This document shows, piece by piece, positions 1 through 10,994 of a stretch of DNA of 64,000 bases. The stretch lies in the NCBI GenBank assembly GCA_002869385.1, contig PKTB01000007.1:80729-144728 (forward strand), read 5' to 3'. The stretch comes from Marinilabiliales bacterium (lineage in GTDB: Bacteria > Bacteroidota > Bacteroidia > Bacteroidales > ML635J-15). The notes beneath the pieces are model-generated. The model ran no database searches and had not been told where the DNA came from. It saw nothing but the letters and a program-made list of their open reading frames with translations. The position numbers and the translations under genes are program-made. The number at the start of each line of letters is the position of its first letter. The first letter of the stretch is position 1.

Positions 1-1
1 A

Positions 2-652
2 AGCTGGTCAAATAGTATGAGTACAGACAGCATATTTAACTTGAGTAGTGGCACGTATTAGGTTACAGTATCGGAAGCAGGCGGTTGCTTTGCAACAGGG
101 ATATATACTATTACTGAGCCAGATTCATTATCTCTTTCAGAGACAATAACAGATGTGAGCTGTACTGGGAATAATGACGGACAGATATTAATAAATATTG
201 TTGGAGGGACGTTTCCTTATTCATTAGTTTGGAGTACAGATACTGCACAGACAGATACATTGTGTTCAAATCTTGTTGCAGGAGATTATACTCTTACTCT
301 TACTGACGGCTTGGGGTGTGTTAAATCCAAAACATATACAGTATTGGATGGTGTTATTGCCTGTGGTTAAAATGACTTACTAATACCAACAGTATTTACA
401 CCCAATAACGATGGAGTGAATGATAATTGGGAATTGCAAGGAATAGGTGGTTACACAGATGTGCAAATTGCTATATATAATCGCTCAGTGGAACTTGTTT
501 ATGAGTATTCGGGAAGTGGGATTGGTTATGATACTGATAGATGGGACGGCAAATTTAACGGAAAAAAATTGCCAATGAGTTCATACATTTTTGCTGTTGA
601 CCTGAAAGATAATACGGAAATTATTAAGGGGATTGTGTCGATAAAGTATTAA
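2..652 (+). CDS. 3' end of a large T9SS adhesin with SprB-type repeats and a type-B (CHU_C / gliding-motility) C-terminal sorting domain. The frame is interrupted by TAG 59-61 and TAA 368-370.
   Basis: Frame 2 is open from the window edge to TAA 650-652 except for the two stops. It shows SprB-repeat signatures (GTY*VTVSEAGGC, ITDVSCTGNNDGQI...LVAGDYTLTLTDGLGC). These are followed by the type-B CTD signature PTVFTPNNDGVNDNWEL...IYNRSVELVY...RWDGKFNGKKLPMSSYIF. The gene continues upstream of the window. Confidence 0.75.
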
Positions 653-840
653 GGTACCACGGTACCACACGATGAAATCGTGCGGTAGCTGGGAAATCGC
701 GCGGTAGCGGTGTCCTTCGGCCCTTCGACCCTTCGACTTCGCTCAGGGACCGAAAGCTCAGGGACCGAAAGCTCAGGAACCTAAAGACGCGCGGTAGCGA
801 GGACGTGGGCACCACACGATGAAATCGTGCGGTAGCATCA
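652..840. repeat. Composite GC-rich intergenic element. Two near-identical 29-bp hairpin units flank short tandem repeats.
   Basis: GGTACCACACGATGAAATCGTGCGGTAGC at 661-689 recurs at 808-836 with one change. Between them lie CCCTTCGA-type 8-mers and CTCAGGGACCGAAAG x3 (15-bp period). GC content is far above the flanking DNA. Confidence 0.9.
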
Positions 841-869
841 AGAGTTAAAAAAGTTTAAAAACGAAAAAT

Positions 870-1778
870 ATGAAAAAAATATTTACATGTCTTGTTTTGT
901 TGATTGTTGCACAGCAGTATGTTGTTTGCCAACAGACGCCATTATATAGTCAATATATGATGAATGAGTATTTAATAAATCCTGGCATAACCGGGAGTTT
1001 AAATGCAATTCCAATAAGACTGCAAGCTCGTCAACAATGGACTGGTGTGAAAGGAGCTCCTTCAACACAAATAATCAGTGCACATAGTTTGCTTAATCCT
1101 GAAATGGGTGTTGGCGGATATATTTTTAAAGATAAATTTGGGCCAATAAGTAGTACTGGTGTCCAAGCAACATATGCATATCATCTGAAAATCAATCAAA
1201 ATGTTAAACTTGGTCTTGGTGTTGGATTCGCTTTGTTTCAGTTTCAATTTGACGAGAGAGATCTTATTTCGATTGAGGAAAACGATAATGTTTTGACAGG
1301 TGGAGTGGAAAGCAGATTGGTTCCTGACGCAAATATTGGAGCTTATTTGTATTCTGAGAAATACTTTGCAGGGTTATCTATACTTCAAATACTTCAGAAC
1401 TCGATTGGTTTTGAAAATCAGACAGACGGGGCAATAACACTATCGCGTCAATATTATTTGTATGGTGGATATAAGTTTGAACTAAATGCCAATTTTTATC
1501 TCCAAGCTTCAATTCTGCTAAAAGTGGTAGCAGAATCTCCTTTTGAACCGGATATCAATTTAAAGGCTTTTTACAAAAAAAACTATTGGCTTGGATTAAG
1601 TTATCGTTCGGATGACTCATTTGTAACAATGTTGGGGATAAAATATCAGAAATATTATTTTGGTTATTCTGTTGGTTTTTCTTTCAGTACACTTAAGAAT
1701 TATACACATGGATGCCATGAAATTGTAATTGGAATCGACATTCCAAATAAAGTTCTAAAGAGTAAGAGTAGTTATTAG
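870..1778 (+). CDS. PorP/SprF-family type IX secretion system outer-membrane protein
   Basis: It has a signal peptide and then the QQTPLYSQYMMNEYLINPGITGS motif typical of PorP/SprF. The rest is beta-barrel-like alternating sequence. It lies directly downstream of a type-B CTD adhesin, which is the usual pairing. Confidence 0.8.
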   Translation: MKKIFTCLVLLIVAQQYVVCQQTPLYSQYMMNEYLINPGITGSLNAIPIRLQARQQWTGVKGAPSTQIISAHSLLNPEMGVGGYIFKDKFGPISSTGVQATYAYHLKINQNVKLGLGVGFALFQFQFDERDLISIEENDNVLTGGVESRLVPDANIGAYLYSEKYFAGLSILQILQNSIGFENQTDGAITLSRQYYLYGGYKFELNANFYLQASILLKVVAESPFEPDINLKAFYKKNYWLGLSYRSDDSFVTMLGIKYQKYYFGYSVGFSFSTLKNYTHGCHEIVIGIDIPNKVLKSKSSY

Positions 1779-1809
1779 TCAAATTAAGTGTAATTAAGAA
1801 TCAAGACCA

Positions 1810-2388
1810 TTGATTAATATGAATCAAAAGAAAGAAAGTATTTCATGGCTAATAAATTTCTTACTGTCTGGGTTAGGGTTGTATTTGTTTGATAAATTCA
1901 TAGGTTCTCGAATAGACTGGACTGAGATTGACTTTTTATCCTTTCTTAGCTATCCTGTTACATTAACAGTGGTTGATATATTTGTATTTATTTTATTATT
2001 CCTTGCAGGATATCTGATAATAAAATCGGCTTACATTCGGCAACAATCATATTACACGAAAGATCAAAAGAAATTAAAGGAGAGGAATTGTGAATATAAT
2101 GCAGAATTAGGTGTGTTATTTAAATGGCATGTTCTTTTTGATTATAATGATAAGCATTTTATAGGAGATTTAACTCCATATTGTATGAAGCATGGGAATC
2201 CTCCATTGCGAATGATAAAACGGCAAAGTCATTATTTAATTCGATGCTTTGAATGTTCAATTCCAGGATGTAAGAATGAAGTAAATTTAGCAACATATCA
2301 ATTTGTGAAAAATTATATTGAATCTGGGTTGATACAGGAATATAGTCAGATGAAAGCCAAGAAAACGAAAAAAAAAGTGAAGGAATAA
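1810..2388 (+). CDS. Hypothetical membrane protein with a Cys/His-rich zinc-ribbon-like C-terminal half
   Basis: Two hydrophobic helices are followed by CEYN...CMKHG...CFECSIPGC and a Lys-rich tail. The true start is probably ATG 1819. Confidence 0.4.
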   Translation: MINMNQKKESISWLINFLLSGLGLYLFDKFIGSRIDWTEIDFLSFLSYPVTLTVVDIFVFILLFLAGYLIIKSAYIRQQSYYTKDQKKLKERNCEYNAELGVLFKWHVLFDYNDKHFIGDLTPYCMKHGNPPLRMIKRQSHYLIRCFECSIPGCKNEVNLATYQFVKNYIESGLIQEYSQMKAKKTKKKVKE

Positions 2389-2398
2389 AGAAGAAGGT

Positions 2399-3241
2399 AT
2401 GAAAAAGTTAATAATTCTAGTAGCAATTATTTTATTATAAATTGTTTCATTTAGTCAGGAAAATGCATCTTTACATTTTGATAAAAAAAGCATTGATTTG
2501 TCTGGTGGTTTATGTTTAGGAGTAATGCGTGACCTAGGGGTTTCGCCTCTTTATTATAGTAACATAATTCCTGTATTTGAGGCGAGATATAATAAGATCA
2601 CAGAAAAAAGATTTTTCGATGTTGATTTTAGTAGTTTAAATGGGATGCAATTTAAAATAATTAATGACCAATTTTATAATAATACAATAAATGCTATAAA
2701 TTTAAAATTTGAATATGCTTGGTATTCTGGCTTCTATAGTTTGGAAGGAATTAGTGATTATGTAGGGATGTCTGTATCCAACTTTGCAGATATGCGAGTA
2801 AATGAAAGCTTTTCTAATGCAGCACTTTCTTTTGATAATTTAAGCAATATTGCTTTAACGTACACATTGTTTAAAAAGCTAAACAGACCTCAAAAAACAA
2901 AAAAGTTTTTAGGGCTAATTAAATTCGATCGTAAAGAAAAAAACTATTTGTTTGCTTTTAAAGTTGGGATTCCATTATATACATTGATCTATAGGCAGGG
3001 TTATACTAATCCAGGCAACTCAACTGCCAATATTGAAATCCTTTTTCCAGGATATGAATTAGTTGGGAAATTCCTGACAGGTTTGGACACAGATATCTCG
3101 TTAACAAGACTTTTAAAGAACGGGAACGGAATAAAAATCAATTATAATTGGATGGCTTTCAGTTCTGGCAAGAACGAAATTAACAGCTTAAATTTTTCAC
3201 AGCATTCAATAATGCTTGGACTTAGTTTTAAATTAAATTAG
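2399..3241 (+). CDS. Hypothetical secreted/outer-membrane protein. Its signal peptide is interrupted by an in-frame TAA at 2438-2440.
   Basis: ATG 2399 gives MKKLIILVAIILL*IVSFSQENASLHFDKKSIDL. This runs in the same frame into ORF 2498-3241. Confidence 0.45.
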
Positions 3242-3249
3242 TAAAACAA

Positions 3250-4290
3250 ATGATGAAGCAAATAATTAAACATATTAGGGTGTTAACAACAATAATAATA
3301 ATGCTTTTGAATTTGGCATTTTTAGTAAGTTGTGAAAAAATGGTTTTTGAAGAAGAGACTGATAATAATCCTAAAAACAATTTCGATTTTCTTTGGAATG
3401 AAGTAGATGGGAAATACGCATTTTTACAATATAAAAATGTTAACTGGGATAGTATTTATGAAATTTATAGCGCGAAAATTTATGAAGATATACCAGAAGA
3501 TAGTTTGTTCCTAGTACTAGGTCAAATGTTAAATGAATTACGTGATGGACATGTGAATTTGTTTTCAGAATTTAATATCTCAAGATATGATATTAGTTTG
3601 CTTGGTCCAGTAAATATTGATGAACGCATAGTAAAGGAATTTTACCTTGGAACAAATTATTATATTACTTGTTGCTTTGAGCACAACTTTATTAAGGGCA
3701 ATCAGATAGGATATATTCAAATTTCGTCTTTTTATTATTCTGAAATAACAGAAGAAGAAATAGATTATTTGTTAAATCGTTATAAGGATACAAAAGGACT
3801 GATTATAGACATTAGGCAAAACGGTGGTGGTTATGTTACTAATGTGTTTTATTTATTATCATTGTTTAGCAATGATAGTCGTTTACTTTATTCTACTCAA
3901 ATAAAAACTGGACCCGATGCGGAGGATTTTAGCACATTGTCAGAAGTTTATTCGACTCCAAGAGACGGTGAAACATATGATGGTAAGATTGCTATATTAA
4001 CAGACAGAGGCTCGTACAGTGCTTCTTCCTTTTTTTCTGTCTGCACTTATGCATACGACAATGTGTTTTTAGTTGGTGATACAACAGGAGGAGGTCTGGG
4101 ATTACCGAATGGTGGTCAGCTTCCAAACGGATGGACATACAGGTTTTCGATTACCAGGACAATAGCTGTTGATGGTGGAAATTATGAAAGTGGAGTGCCT
4201 CCTGATTATACTGTGATACTCGATGAAGATGCATCACAGACTGGAATTGATAATGTTATAGAATTTGCCAGTATTAGGATTTTAGAATAA
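3250..4290 (+). CDS. S41-family (C-terminal processing / tail-specific type) serine peptidase, lipoprotein
   Basis: It has a lipobox (LVSC). S41-like motifs are GLIIDIRQNGGGYV and ILTDRGSYSASSFF. Confidence 0.7.
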   Translation: MMKQIIKHIRVLTTIIIMLLNLAFLVSCEKMVFEEETDNNPKNNFDFLWNEVDGKYAFLQYKNVNWDSIYEIYSAKIYEDIPEDSLFLVLGQMLNELRDGHVNLFSEFNISRYDISLLGPVNIDERIVKEFYLGTNYYITCCFEHNFIKGNQIGYIQISSFYYSEITEEEIDYLLNRYKDTKGLIIDIRQNGGGYVTNVFYLLSLFSNDSRLLYSTQIKTGPDAEDFSTLSEVYSTPRDGETYDGKIAILTDRGSYSASSFFSVCTYAYDNVFLVGDTTGGGLGLPNGGQLPNGWTYRFSITRTIAVDGGNYESGVPPDYTVILDEDASQTGIDNVIEFASIRILE

Positions 4291-4386
4291 GGTTAGGAAC
4301 CAGTGTGAGTTGTGCGTGTATATTATATACTCAACGGGATACTATGAGAATGAATGAAATGTGGTTGTGAGTAATAATTTATAGTT

Positions 4387-4848
4387 ATGGCTGAAGATGG
4401 TGTTGTTTTGATTATTAATGGGGATATTACAATTAAGAATAATTTAAATGAGATACAAATAAATGGAGAAATTAAAATTGACTTAGACAATTTGGATAGC
4501 ATTACCAAATCAAAGATTTTAGGTTCTGGAGCTTTATCTATATCAGGATTGTTAATTGAAAAAGGATTAAAAGAGGAGATTGAGGATAAAATAAAAATAA
4601 AACCTGAGATTTATCCCAAGCAAGTTACAGATCATATTAATATTATCTGTGCAAATTGTGAAGCAAATACATTCGAAATTGCTATTTTAAGCACGAATGA
4701 AGAAATAATTCACAAAGAAACATTTAATTTACTCCAGAAACAGATTAAAATAATTATGCCATTAGACGAATTGCCAATAGGAGCATATGTCCTTAAAGTA
4801 AAGGTGAAAGATACTTGCATAACTAATAAATTTGTGAAGATTGGATAG
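4387..4848 (+). CDS. Hypothetical protein with a T9SS-CTD-like C-terminal beta-sandwich
   Basis: The C-terminus (EIYPKQVTDHINI...GAYVLKVKVKDTCITNKFVKIG) resembles Por secretion tails. No other motif was recognised. Confidence 0.35.
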   Translation: MAEDGVVLIINGDITIKNNLNEIQINGEIKIDLDNLDSITKSKILGSGALSISGLLIEKGLKEEIEDKIKIKPEIYPKQVTDHINIICANCEANTFEIAILSTNEEIIHKETFNLLQKQIKIIMPLDELPIGAYVLKVKVKDTCITNKFVKIG

Positions 4849-4977
4849 GTGAATGTGAACTAAAAATTCATGGGTTTGGAAAGGCGCGATATTTATCTTT
4901 CGTGTACCACTTTGTGCTTGAGTGTGTTTATAAAGCCATACGTTTGTATTTCGACAAAGAGAGCGAACAACAAGTTT

Positions 4978-7602
4978 TTATTTTTGAATAATCAGCTTTT
5001 TATTAATCACAAATTTATCACTGATGATATCAATAAAATACAAACCATTTGAATATTCAGAAGTTGATAACGGATATATAGTACCTGAGAATTCTGATAA
5101 ACTATAGCTATTTATTTCTTTCCCAATATTGTAAAATATTTTGATTGTATTTACTTTTTCAATACAATTATTGATGTCAATATTAACAATGTTATTTGCC
5201 GGGTTTGGAAAAAGTGAGATAGAATTTGAAATGTCTTCAATTTCATTAATTCCGACATTTCTGGTTACAGATATATCAAGTAGGTATGATCCAGTTTCTC
5301 CTGTAAAATATGGCGCTACATTAAAAATAACAGTGCCCCCGTTTATGACACTAATATTTGAAGTCATAATGTCATCAAAGTTATCAGACCACCCAGAATT
5401 ATTTTTATAAGAAAACATAACGTCTGCAGTATATGTCTGACCATTTCCACTGTTATAACTGTCGTGAATTCTTGCGTTGATTGAGTAATTATAGCCTGCA
5501 GGCAGGATAATCTTATAGTAGTCTAAATCTGAATTTATATGAATATTTGAACCTATTGTTGTTTTTGTAGCTGTTCCCCCTGAAAAAGATAATGGTAAAT
5601 TGTATGCAGAACCTTCATTATTATTATCTTCATAGATGTCGGGAGATAAAGAGGGGGAAACAACCGTAATATTAATGGGGTTGGAATAATATTGGCCGCC
5701 AACCAAATACCAATTTGAAGAACCATTTTGTAATTCTTCAATTGTTAAAATGTAAGTGCCAGGAGTTGCGATAACAGATGGTGTACTAACTGTTATAAAA
5801 GGGGAAGAATAAATATAACCTTCAGGCAAACCATTTGTTTCATTGATGGTTCCAATTGTTTGAACAAAGTTACCCTCCAAATCATATAAATTTGCCCTAT
5901 AAGAACCATAATATGTGGTGGTGCTGCCATTAATCAAATTAAAATTTACGGATGCTGATTGTCCTTGAACAAAAGTACTCGGATCAATAGCCGAATAAAG
6001 TTGAATATTGTTTGCAGGTGAATTAATGGTGACGTTTATTGGATTTGTATATGATGAGTTCCCAGCTAGAGTCCAATTTTCATTAGGATCCCGATAAAAT
6101 ATTCCCACCTTATAATTATCAGGTACCGTCAGAATGCCTGAATTTGAAAATGTTAACCCATTGGTATAATGGTAGCCCGGCTGTAAAGGGGAACTACCTG
6201 CAGATAGAATTTGAATATAATCGATAAAGTTGCCTGATGCTGTAAACAGGGCAGCACAATAATCACCACTAAAATTATTGGTGCCAGCATTTGTCACATC
6301 CACGTTTACAGTAAATGATTGAGCAAAGTTTACAGGGTTTGGAGAAATTGATATTGAGGAGAACAAGTTGATTGTTGATATAACGCTTCCGGGAACAGGT
6401 TGAATACCGATTAAAGCCTGCTGCCCTTCATTATATGTCCCAGCACCAGCACCAGTCCCGCCAGTACCCGGATTCAAAGCATCAAGGGTGAAAAATCCGT
6501 CACAATATCCTCCCCAGCCCCAATTCATGTGAAAATAATCATTATTATCATATCCATCACAGACAAAAGTATGGCCACCTTGACCAAAACCAGCATATTG
6601 AATTGGCCTTCTGGCATTTAAGTCTGTTTTTAAAATATTTATCCAGTTAGAGTCAGAATAATTATCCCGTTTTAATCCTTGTAGAGTCGTTGGATCATAG
6701 CCAAAATATGTTTTAAATGCATATTCAGAACATTGTTCAGGTGTTGGAGATCCTGAAATAATAACATAAGACCCACTTGAAGTTGGTCCATATCCCATTT
6801 CGACAGCAACTCCACAATGATACATTATTGTTGCAACAGCCGTGTTTGCACCATTAATATTGTTTGGCATTGAGCTCCAATCATATGTTGTAGCGGCAAA
6901 ATTTGCGGATAATGTCCCATATTGATCATGATTATATGAATGAAATCCTGTGCCAGTTGTCGGATAGTTCCAGAATTTCATAATTTGAGCCATGGCAGTT
7001 GCCGGACATCCGGCAACACAATGATATCAATTTGCAGAACCAGCATCAACGTCGTAAGGGCATAAGGCATTTACATAAGGTGATTGTGACCAAGTTGTCG
7101 TAAGCAGAGGATATACACTCATTGTTTCTTTGTCAGTATTAATAGGATACCCGCCCTCTAAGGATTTCCATTCATTTTCAATAAACAGATCGGCTTTATA
7201 GCCATTTATTAATACATCAGTTATTTCCTTTTTGTATTTTTCGATTAGTTTTATGAATGCGGGGGGCAAATTAGAGTCAAAATAACTGCCAGAAAGAGAA
7301 TAACCTAAAATGGGGGTAATATTATCATCTGCCGAAATAATCACAAAACCATCGCTTTGCTCAACATTAAAAATATATAGCAAAGCCGTTTCCTTAATTG
7401 TCTCTTTTTGATTTGCGATTTCATTCGACTTAGCAATATAAGCAAGCGAAAATGAAACTTCGGACAAACTTTTGTCTTTGGCTTTCTGTATGTAGAAATT
7501 TTTAGCAATTTTTAATGCCAATACCGGGTTTACCGGGTTAGTGAAAATATTTAATGTAAATGCACAACCCAATAATAAGAGCAATATTTTTTTTATAAAC
7601 AT
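4978..7602 (-). CDS. C10-family (streptopain/SpeB-like) cysteine peptidase with N-terminal prodomain, pre-peptidase C-terminal (PPC) domain and T9SS CTD. It is interrupted by an in-frame TGA at 7027-7029.
   Basis: This is one 875-codon frame. The sequence ...DAGSAN*YHCVAGCPATAMAQIMKFW carries the C10 catalytic-Cys motif just after the stop. The PPC-like part is DIYEDNNNEGSAYNL...DLDYYKI. The tail is LFPNPANNIVNIDI...GLYFIDII. Confidence 0.8.
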
Positions 7603-7654
7603 TTTGTTTTTGACGATGTTATTAATTCGTTAGAAAAGCGATGTTGTATATAGT

Positions 7655-7707
7655 GCCGGAAACCCACGCGTTCAGGGAAACCCACGCGTTTGGAAACGCG
7701 CGGGAAC
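7655..7707. repeat. GC-rich hairpin element of the same family as 652-840
   Basis: GGAAACCCACGCGTT occurs twice in tandem. It is followed by the hairpin CCCACGCGTTT-GG-AAACGCGCGGG (7681-7704). The element lies just upstream of the C10 peptidase start. Confidence 0.8.
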
Positions 7708-7753
7708 GGTGAGGTAAATAGCTCCTGGTTACACAATTGTGATTTTTCATTTA

Positions 7754-9169
7754 CTATAATTTTATTATTGGTTGAGTTTTTAAAATGGTTCCATTATTTT
7801 CAATAACAATGAATATCAATCCAGAACTAAGCTGAGACAAGTCTATCATTTGCTCCCCAGTAGTGTGTGGATTAATTTTCAAGTCCATATATAATAATCC
7901 TATATTGTTGAATATTTTTATATTTAAAGTTTCATATGAATTGTCATTGAATTTAATGAAGAGTTTATCATTTGTAGGATTTGGGAATATTTCAATATTG
8001 TAATACTCATTGTCAGTAACAGAGATAATCTTTGATAAATAGAATTCACCATCATAATCAACATTTCTAAGCCTGTAATACAGATAATTATTTGCAGGAA
8101 AAACAGGAGAATAATCTGTAAGAGAATAGAATTGAGTTGTTATTGAATTTCCTTTAGAGTCAACAATGCCAACCACATCAAAATCAATAGAATTATAAGA
8201 TCTCTGAACTTCAAAATAATCAGTATTTAACTCTGATGCAGTTATCCAGGAAAGCAACACATTGTCGTTTTTGTATATTCCGTTAAAATCGAGTAGTGTA
8301 ACCTGTAATGGTGAAGATTCATCTGAAATAGTCCATTTGCTGAAATGTGTTGTGTTTACACTAATTGTTCGAGGATCTGAAGATGAAACATCTTGGGTCG
8401 AACCAATTTGTTCCCAGACGGAATAAGGAGATTCGCTACTCCATATAACAGCGCTGACTGGGTCTTTAGCATTATCAAATTCTGAGAGCCATGAGAATTG
8501 CAAACTACGTCCATTATCAGGAGAAAAATCACTTTCGATTATCCAAGATGCAGATATGGAAGTGTTACTTCCACTTGTAATAATACCTTCTGTTCCATTG
8601 ATTCTAGTAATGGTAAGATTGCCGATGTCATCAGTTCCGCTACTTATCATGCAACCTAAAAAGTCGATTGAATTTGTTCCTATATAACGGCTAGTCATTA
8701 ATGCTTTACCAACTATATAGCTTGTAGATGTTTCTGAAGGAGTTGAAGCTCCAGTATTGAAATATAGAGTATTTAATGTTTCGGGTGTTGAGGAATTATG
8801 TGTGTGTACAATACCGTCTGAAAAAACGAATGAGTTATTAATAGTAATGTCATTAGATAAATATATTCCGGACGGATTATTTATTTCGGCATCATAAAAG
8901 GTAAAAGGACAGGTAGAACTTAGTATGTCCTGGGAGCTACTCCCGTTAAATAATATTTTGGAATTGTTTCTTGATGTAAAAATATTATTATTAATCAGAT
9001 TGTCTTTTATTTTTAAAATGCCTGAAACGTCAATTGTGCCATTATTCTCTATGATACCAGTACTCTGGATAGCGCTGTTTTGCAGAAGGGTTAAATTAGT
9101 TGAAGGAGTAATGAGTATTTGTCCAGATACAGATAAAGAAATGTAAAGAAAAATTAATACTGTGCTCAC
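7754..9169 (-). CDS. T9SS-sorted surface protein of unknown function, paralog of 57049-58317
   Basis: It shares blocks with the paralog (LNTLYFNTGAS, SSRY(I/L)GTN, FSKWT(I/V)SD). Its CTD is IEIFPNPTNDKLFIKF...GLIFIVIE. Confidence 0.6.
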   Translation of the reverse strand: MSTVLIFLYISLSVSGQILITPSTNLTLLQNSAIQSTGIIENNGTIDVSGILKIKDNLINNNIFTSRNNSKILFNGSSSQDILSSTCPFTFYDAEINNPSGIYLSNDITINNSFVFSDGIVHTHNSSTPETLNTLYFNTGASTPSETSTSYIVGKALMTSRYIGTNSIDFLGCMISSGTDDIGNLTITRINGTEGIITSGSNTSISASWIIESDFSPDNGRSLQFSWLSEFDNAKDPVSAVIWSSESPYSVWEQIGSTQDVSSSDPRTISVNTTHFSKWTISDESSPLQVTLLDFNGIYKNDNVLLSWITASELNTDYFEVQRSYNSIDFDVVGIVDSKGNSITTQFYSLTDYSPVFPANNYLYYRLRNVDYDGEFYLSKIISVTDNEYYNIEIFPNPTNDKLFIKFNDNSYETLNIKIFNNIGLLYMDLKINPHTTGEQMIDLSQLSSGLIFIVIENNGTILKTQPIIKL

Positions 9170-9272
9170 GCGAGTAACTCGCGCGCGAGTTTTCGCCTTG
9201 GTCCTTTGACTACCCTCTTCGACTACCCCTTCGACTACCCCTTCGACTACCCCTTCGACTACGCTCAGGACT
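9165..9272. repeat. GC-rich element: palindrome CGCGAGTAACTCGCG plus a 12-13-bp tandem repeat
   Basis: The palindrome lies at 9169-9183. GACTACCCCTTC-type units occur x4 (9208-9260) and end in GACTACGCTCAGGAC. The TTCGAC..GCTCAGG core is the same as at 721-750, 52084 and 62843. Confidence 0.85.
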
Positions 9273-9512
9273 ATATGCTAAAAACGCAATCGAAAGCAAT
9301 GCCTTGATATTGCATGATGATAGAAATTTGCATTAACAATAATTGGTGCACAAATAGTACTTTTAATGCAATAGAGAGGTTGTACTAAGGGTGGCATAAA
9401 ATAAATTGATAAAAAGCCACCACACTTGGTTCCTTTTCGCTGATTTGCAGCTCTTTACATTTTATTTTTTGAACCATAATTACTAATTTTAATATTAAAG
9501 AAAATTTGAATT

Positions 9513-10736
9513 ATGGAAAAAAGAACAACACTAAATTTATTGTTTTATGTTAGAAAAACAAGATTGCTAAAAAATGGGGAAGCTCCTGTTTATATGCGAA
9601 TTACAGTTAACGGAGTTAGAAAAGATTTAGCACTAAATCAAGGGATTAATCCAAAATTGTGGGATTCTGTTAAAGGAAAAGCAAGTGGTAATTCAAAAAA
9701 CGCTCGTTCATTAAATTTGTATTTTGAAAGCATTAGAGTGCAGTTGCGTCAACACATGATAAATATGAGAGAGGAAAACATTCCAATTACTGCATTGACA
9801 TTAAAAAATAGATTTCAGGGAAAATCAACAAACGCAAAATACCTTATTGAAATGTTTAAAGAACATAATGAGAATATTCAAAAGCTTTCAGGAATTGATT
9901 TTGCACCCAATACAATAAGTAAATACAAAACAACACTGTTTTACACACAACTTTTTCTAAAATTGAAGTACAAATGTGATGATATAAATATAAAAGATGT
10001 AAATCATACATTTTTAACCAACTATGAATATTATCTCAAAACTGAAAGAAAATGTTCCCACAATACCGCAATGCGATATATCAAAGATCTTAGAAAGATT
10101 GTTAGAATTGCTCTTTCAAATGGATGGATTGGTAAAGACCCATTTGCAAATTATAAAATAAAATTTCATAAGGTTGACAGAGGTTTTCTAACTGAAGATG
10201 AATTACATGCTATTATAAATAAAACATTTACCATAAATCGATTAGAACAAGTTAAAGATTGTTTTTTATTTTCTTGTTTTACCGGATTGGCACATATAGA
10301 TTTAAAAAGATTAACACCTCAACATATTTTTAAAGATTCAAATAATAAATTATGGCTAAAAGTAAATCGTAAGAAAACAAACAGCTTATGCAGTGTTCCA
10401 TTATTACCAGTTGCTTTACAATTGATAGAGAAATATGAAAACAATCCATATTGTGTTGAAAATAATTTGTTATTACCTGTTCTTTCCAATCAATCGATGA
10501 ACGCATATCTAAAAGAGATTGCAGATATTTGCGGAATAACAAAAAGGCTTTCAAGCCACTTGGCAAGACACACATTTGCCACAACTATTACTCTTAATAA
10601 TGATGTCCCAATAGAAACTGTTAGCAAAATGCTTGGGCATTCTTCAATTAGTGTCACAAAAATATATGCCAGACTCCTAGACAAAAAAGTTGGTCGGGAT
10701 ATGCAACATCTTAATGATAAATTTACTTTATCTTAA
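9513..10736 (+). CDS. Tyrosine site-specific integrase of the Bacteroidota mobile-element type, with an N-terminal arm-binding domain
   Basis: The protein is 407 aa. The N-terminus LNLLFYVRKTRLLKNGEAPVYMRITVNG is typical of Bacteroidota integrases. Catalytic motifs are HLARHTFATT and LGHSSISVTKIYARL. Confidence 0.85.
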   Translation: MEKRTTLNLLFYVRKTRLLKNGEAPVYMRITVNGVRKDLALNQGINPKLWDSVKGKASGNSKNARSLNLYFESIRVQLRQHMINMREENIPITALTLKNRFQGKSTNAKYLIEMFKEHNENIQKLSGIDFAPNTISKYKTTLFYTQLFLKLKYKCDDINIKDVNHTFLTNYEYYLKTERKCSHNTAMRYIKDLRKIVRIALSNGWIGKDPFANYKIKFHKVDRGFLTEDELHAIINKTFTINRLEQVKDCFLFSCFTGLAHIDLKRLTPQHIFKDSNNKLWLKVNRKKTNSLCSVPLLPVALQLIEKYENNPYCVENNLLLPVLSNQSMNAYLKEIADICGITKRLSSHLARHTFATTITLNNDVPIETVSKMLGHSSISVTKIYARLLDKKVGRDMQHLNDKFTLS

Positions 10737-10765
10737 AACTTGCTAACTATCTATTCAATATTGTA

Positions 10766-10786
10766 GGGACTTTATGTCCCTTTTAT
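10766..10786 (+). terminator. Hairpin plus T-tract after the integrase gene
   Basis: GGGAC-TTTAT-GTCCC is followed by TTTTATT. The 10-mer ACTTTATGTC recurs at 11664-11673 in the first array spacer. Confidence 0.5.
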
Positions 10787-10994
10787 TATAAAACTTTTTG
10801 TTAAGTTTAGTAGAACAAGATGTGTGTAATCGTTAGAACTATGCAAAGTCTTCATTTTGAAGACTTCTTAAGAGTCATGGCTACAACCTTTGTGCAAATT
10901 ACTACCGTTTCAAATGGTTATATAATATGCTATTGTGGGTACTTTGAAACCAGAATTATTTATGTCTGTATTCCTTGGCTATTATATCAATATT

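Noticed and set aside
624-815. ORFs that run through GC-rich repeats (624-815, 51963-52211, 52046-52402, 62841-63059, 62975-63160)
   Set aside because: Their sequences are translations of tandem repeats and hairpins (for example RDRLRDRL, SLSRSLSRS, LRQAQQPCFDKLSNR). They are open only because GC-rich repeats lack AT-rich stop codons.
9513-10736. Calling the locus a canonical integron with an IntI integrase
   Set aside because: The integrase has the Bacteroidota arm-domain N-terminus, and I could not recognise IntI features. It converges on the array rather than diverging from an attI/Pc region. The spacers do not show clear RYYYAAC/GTTRRRY boxes. I kept only the weaker description of an integron-like array.
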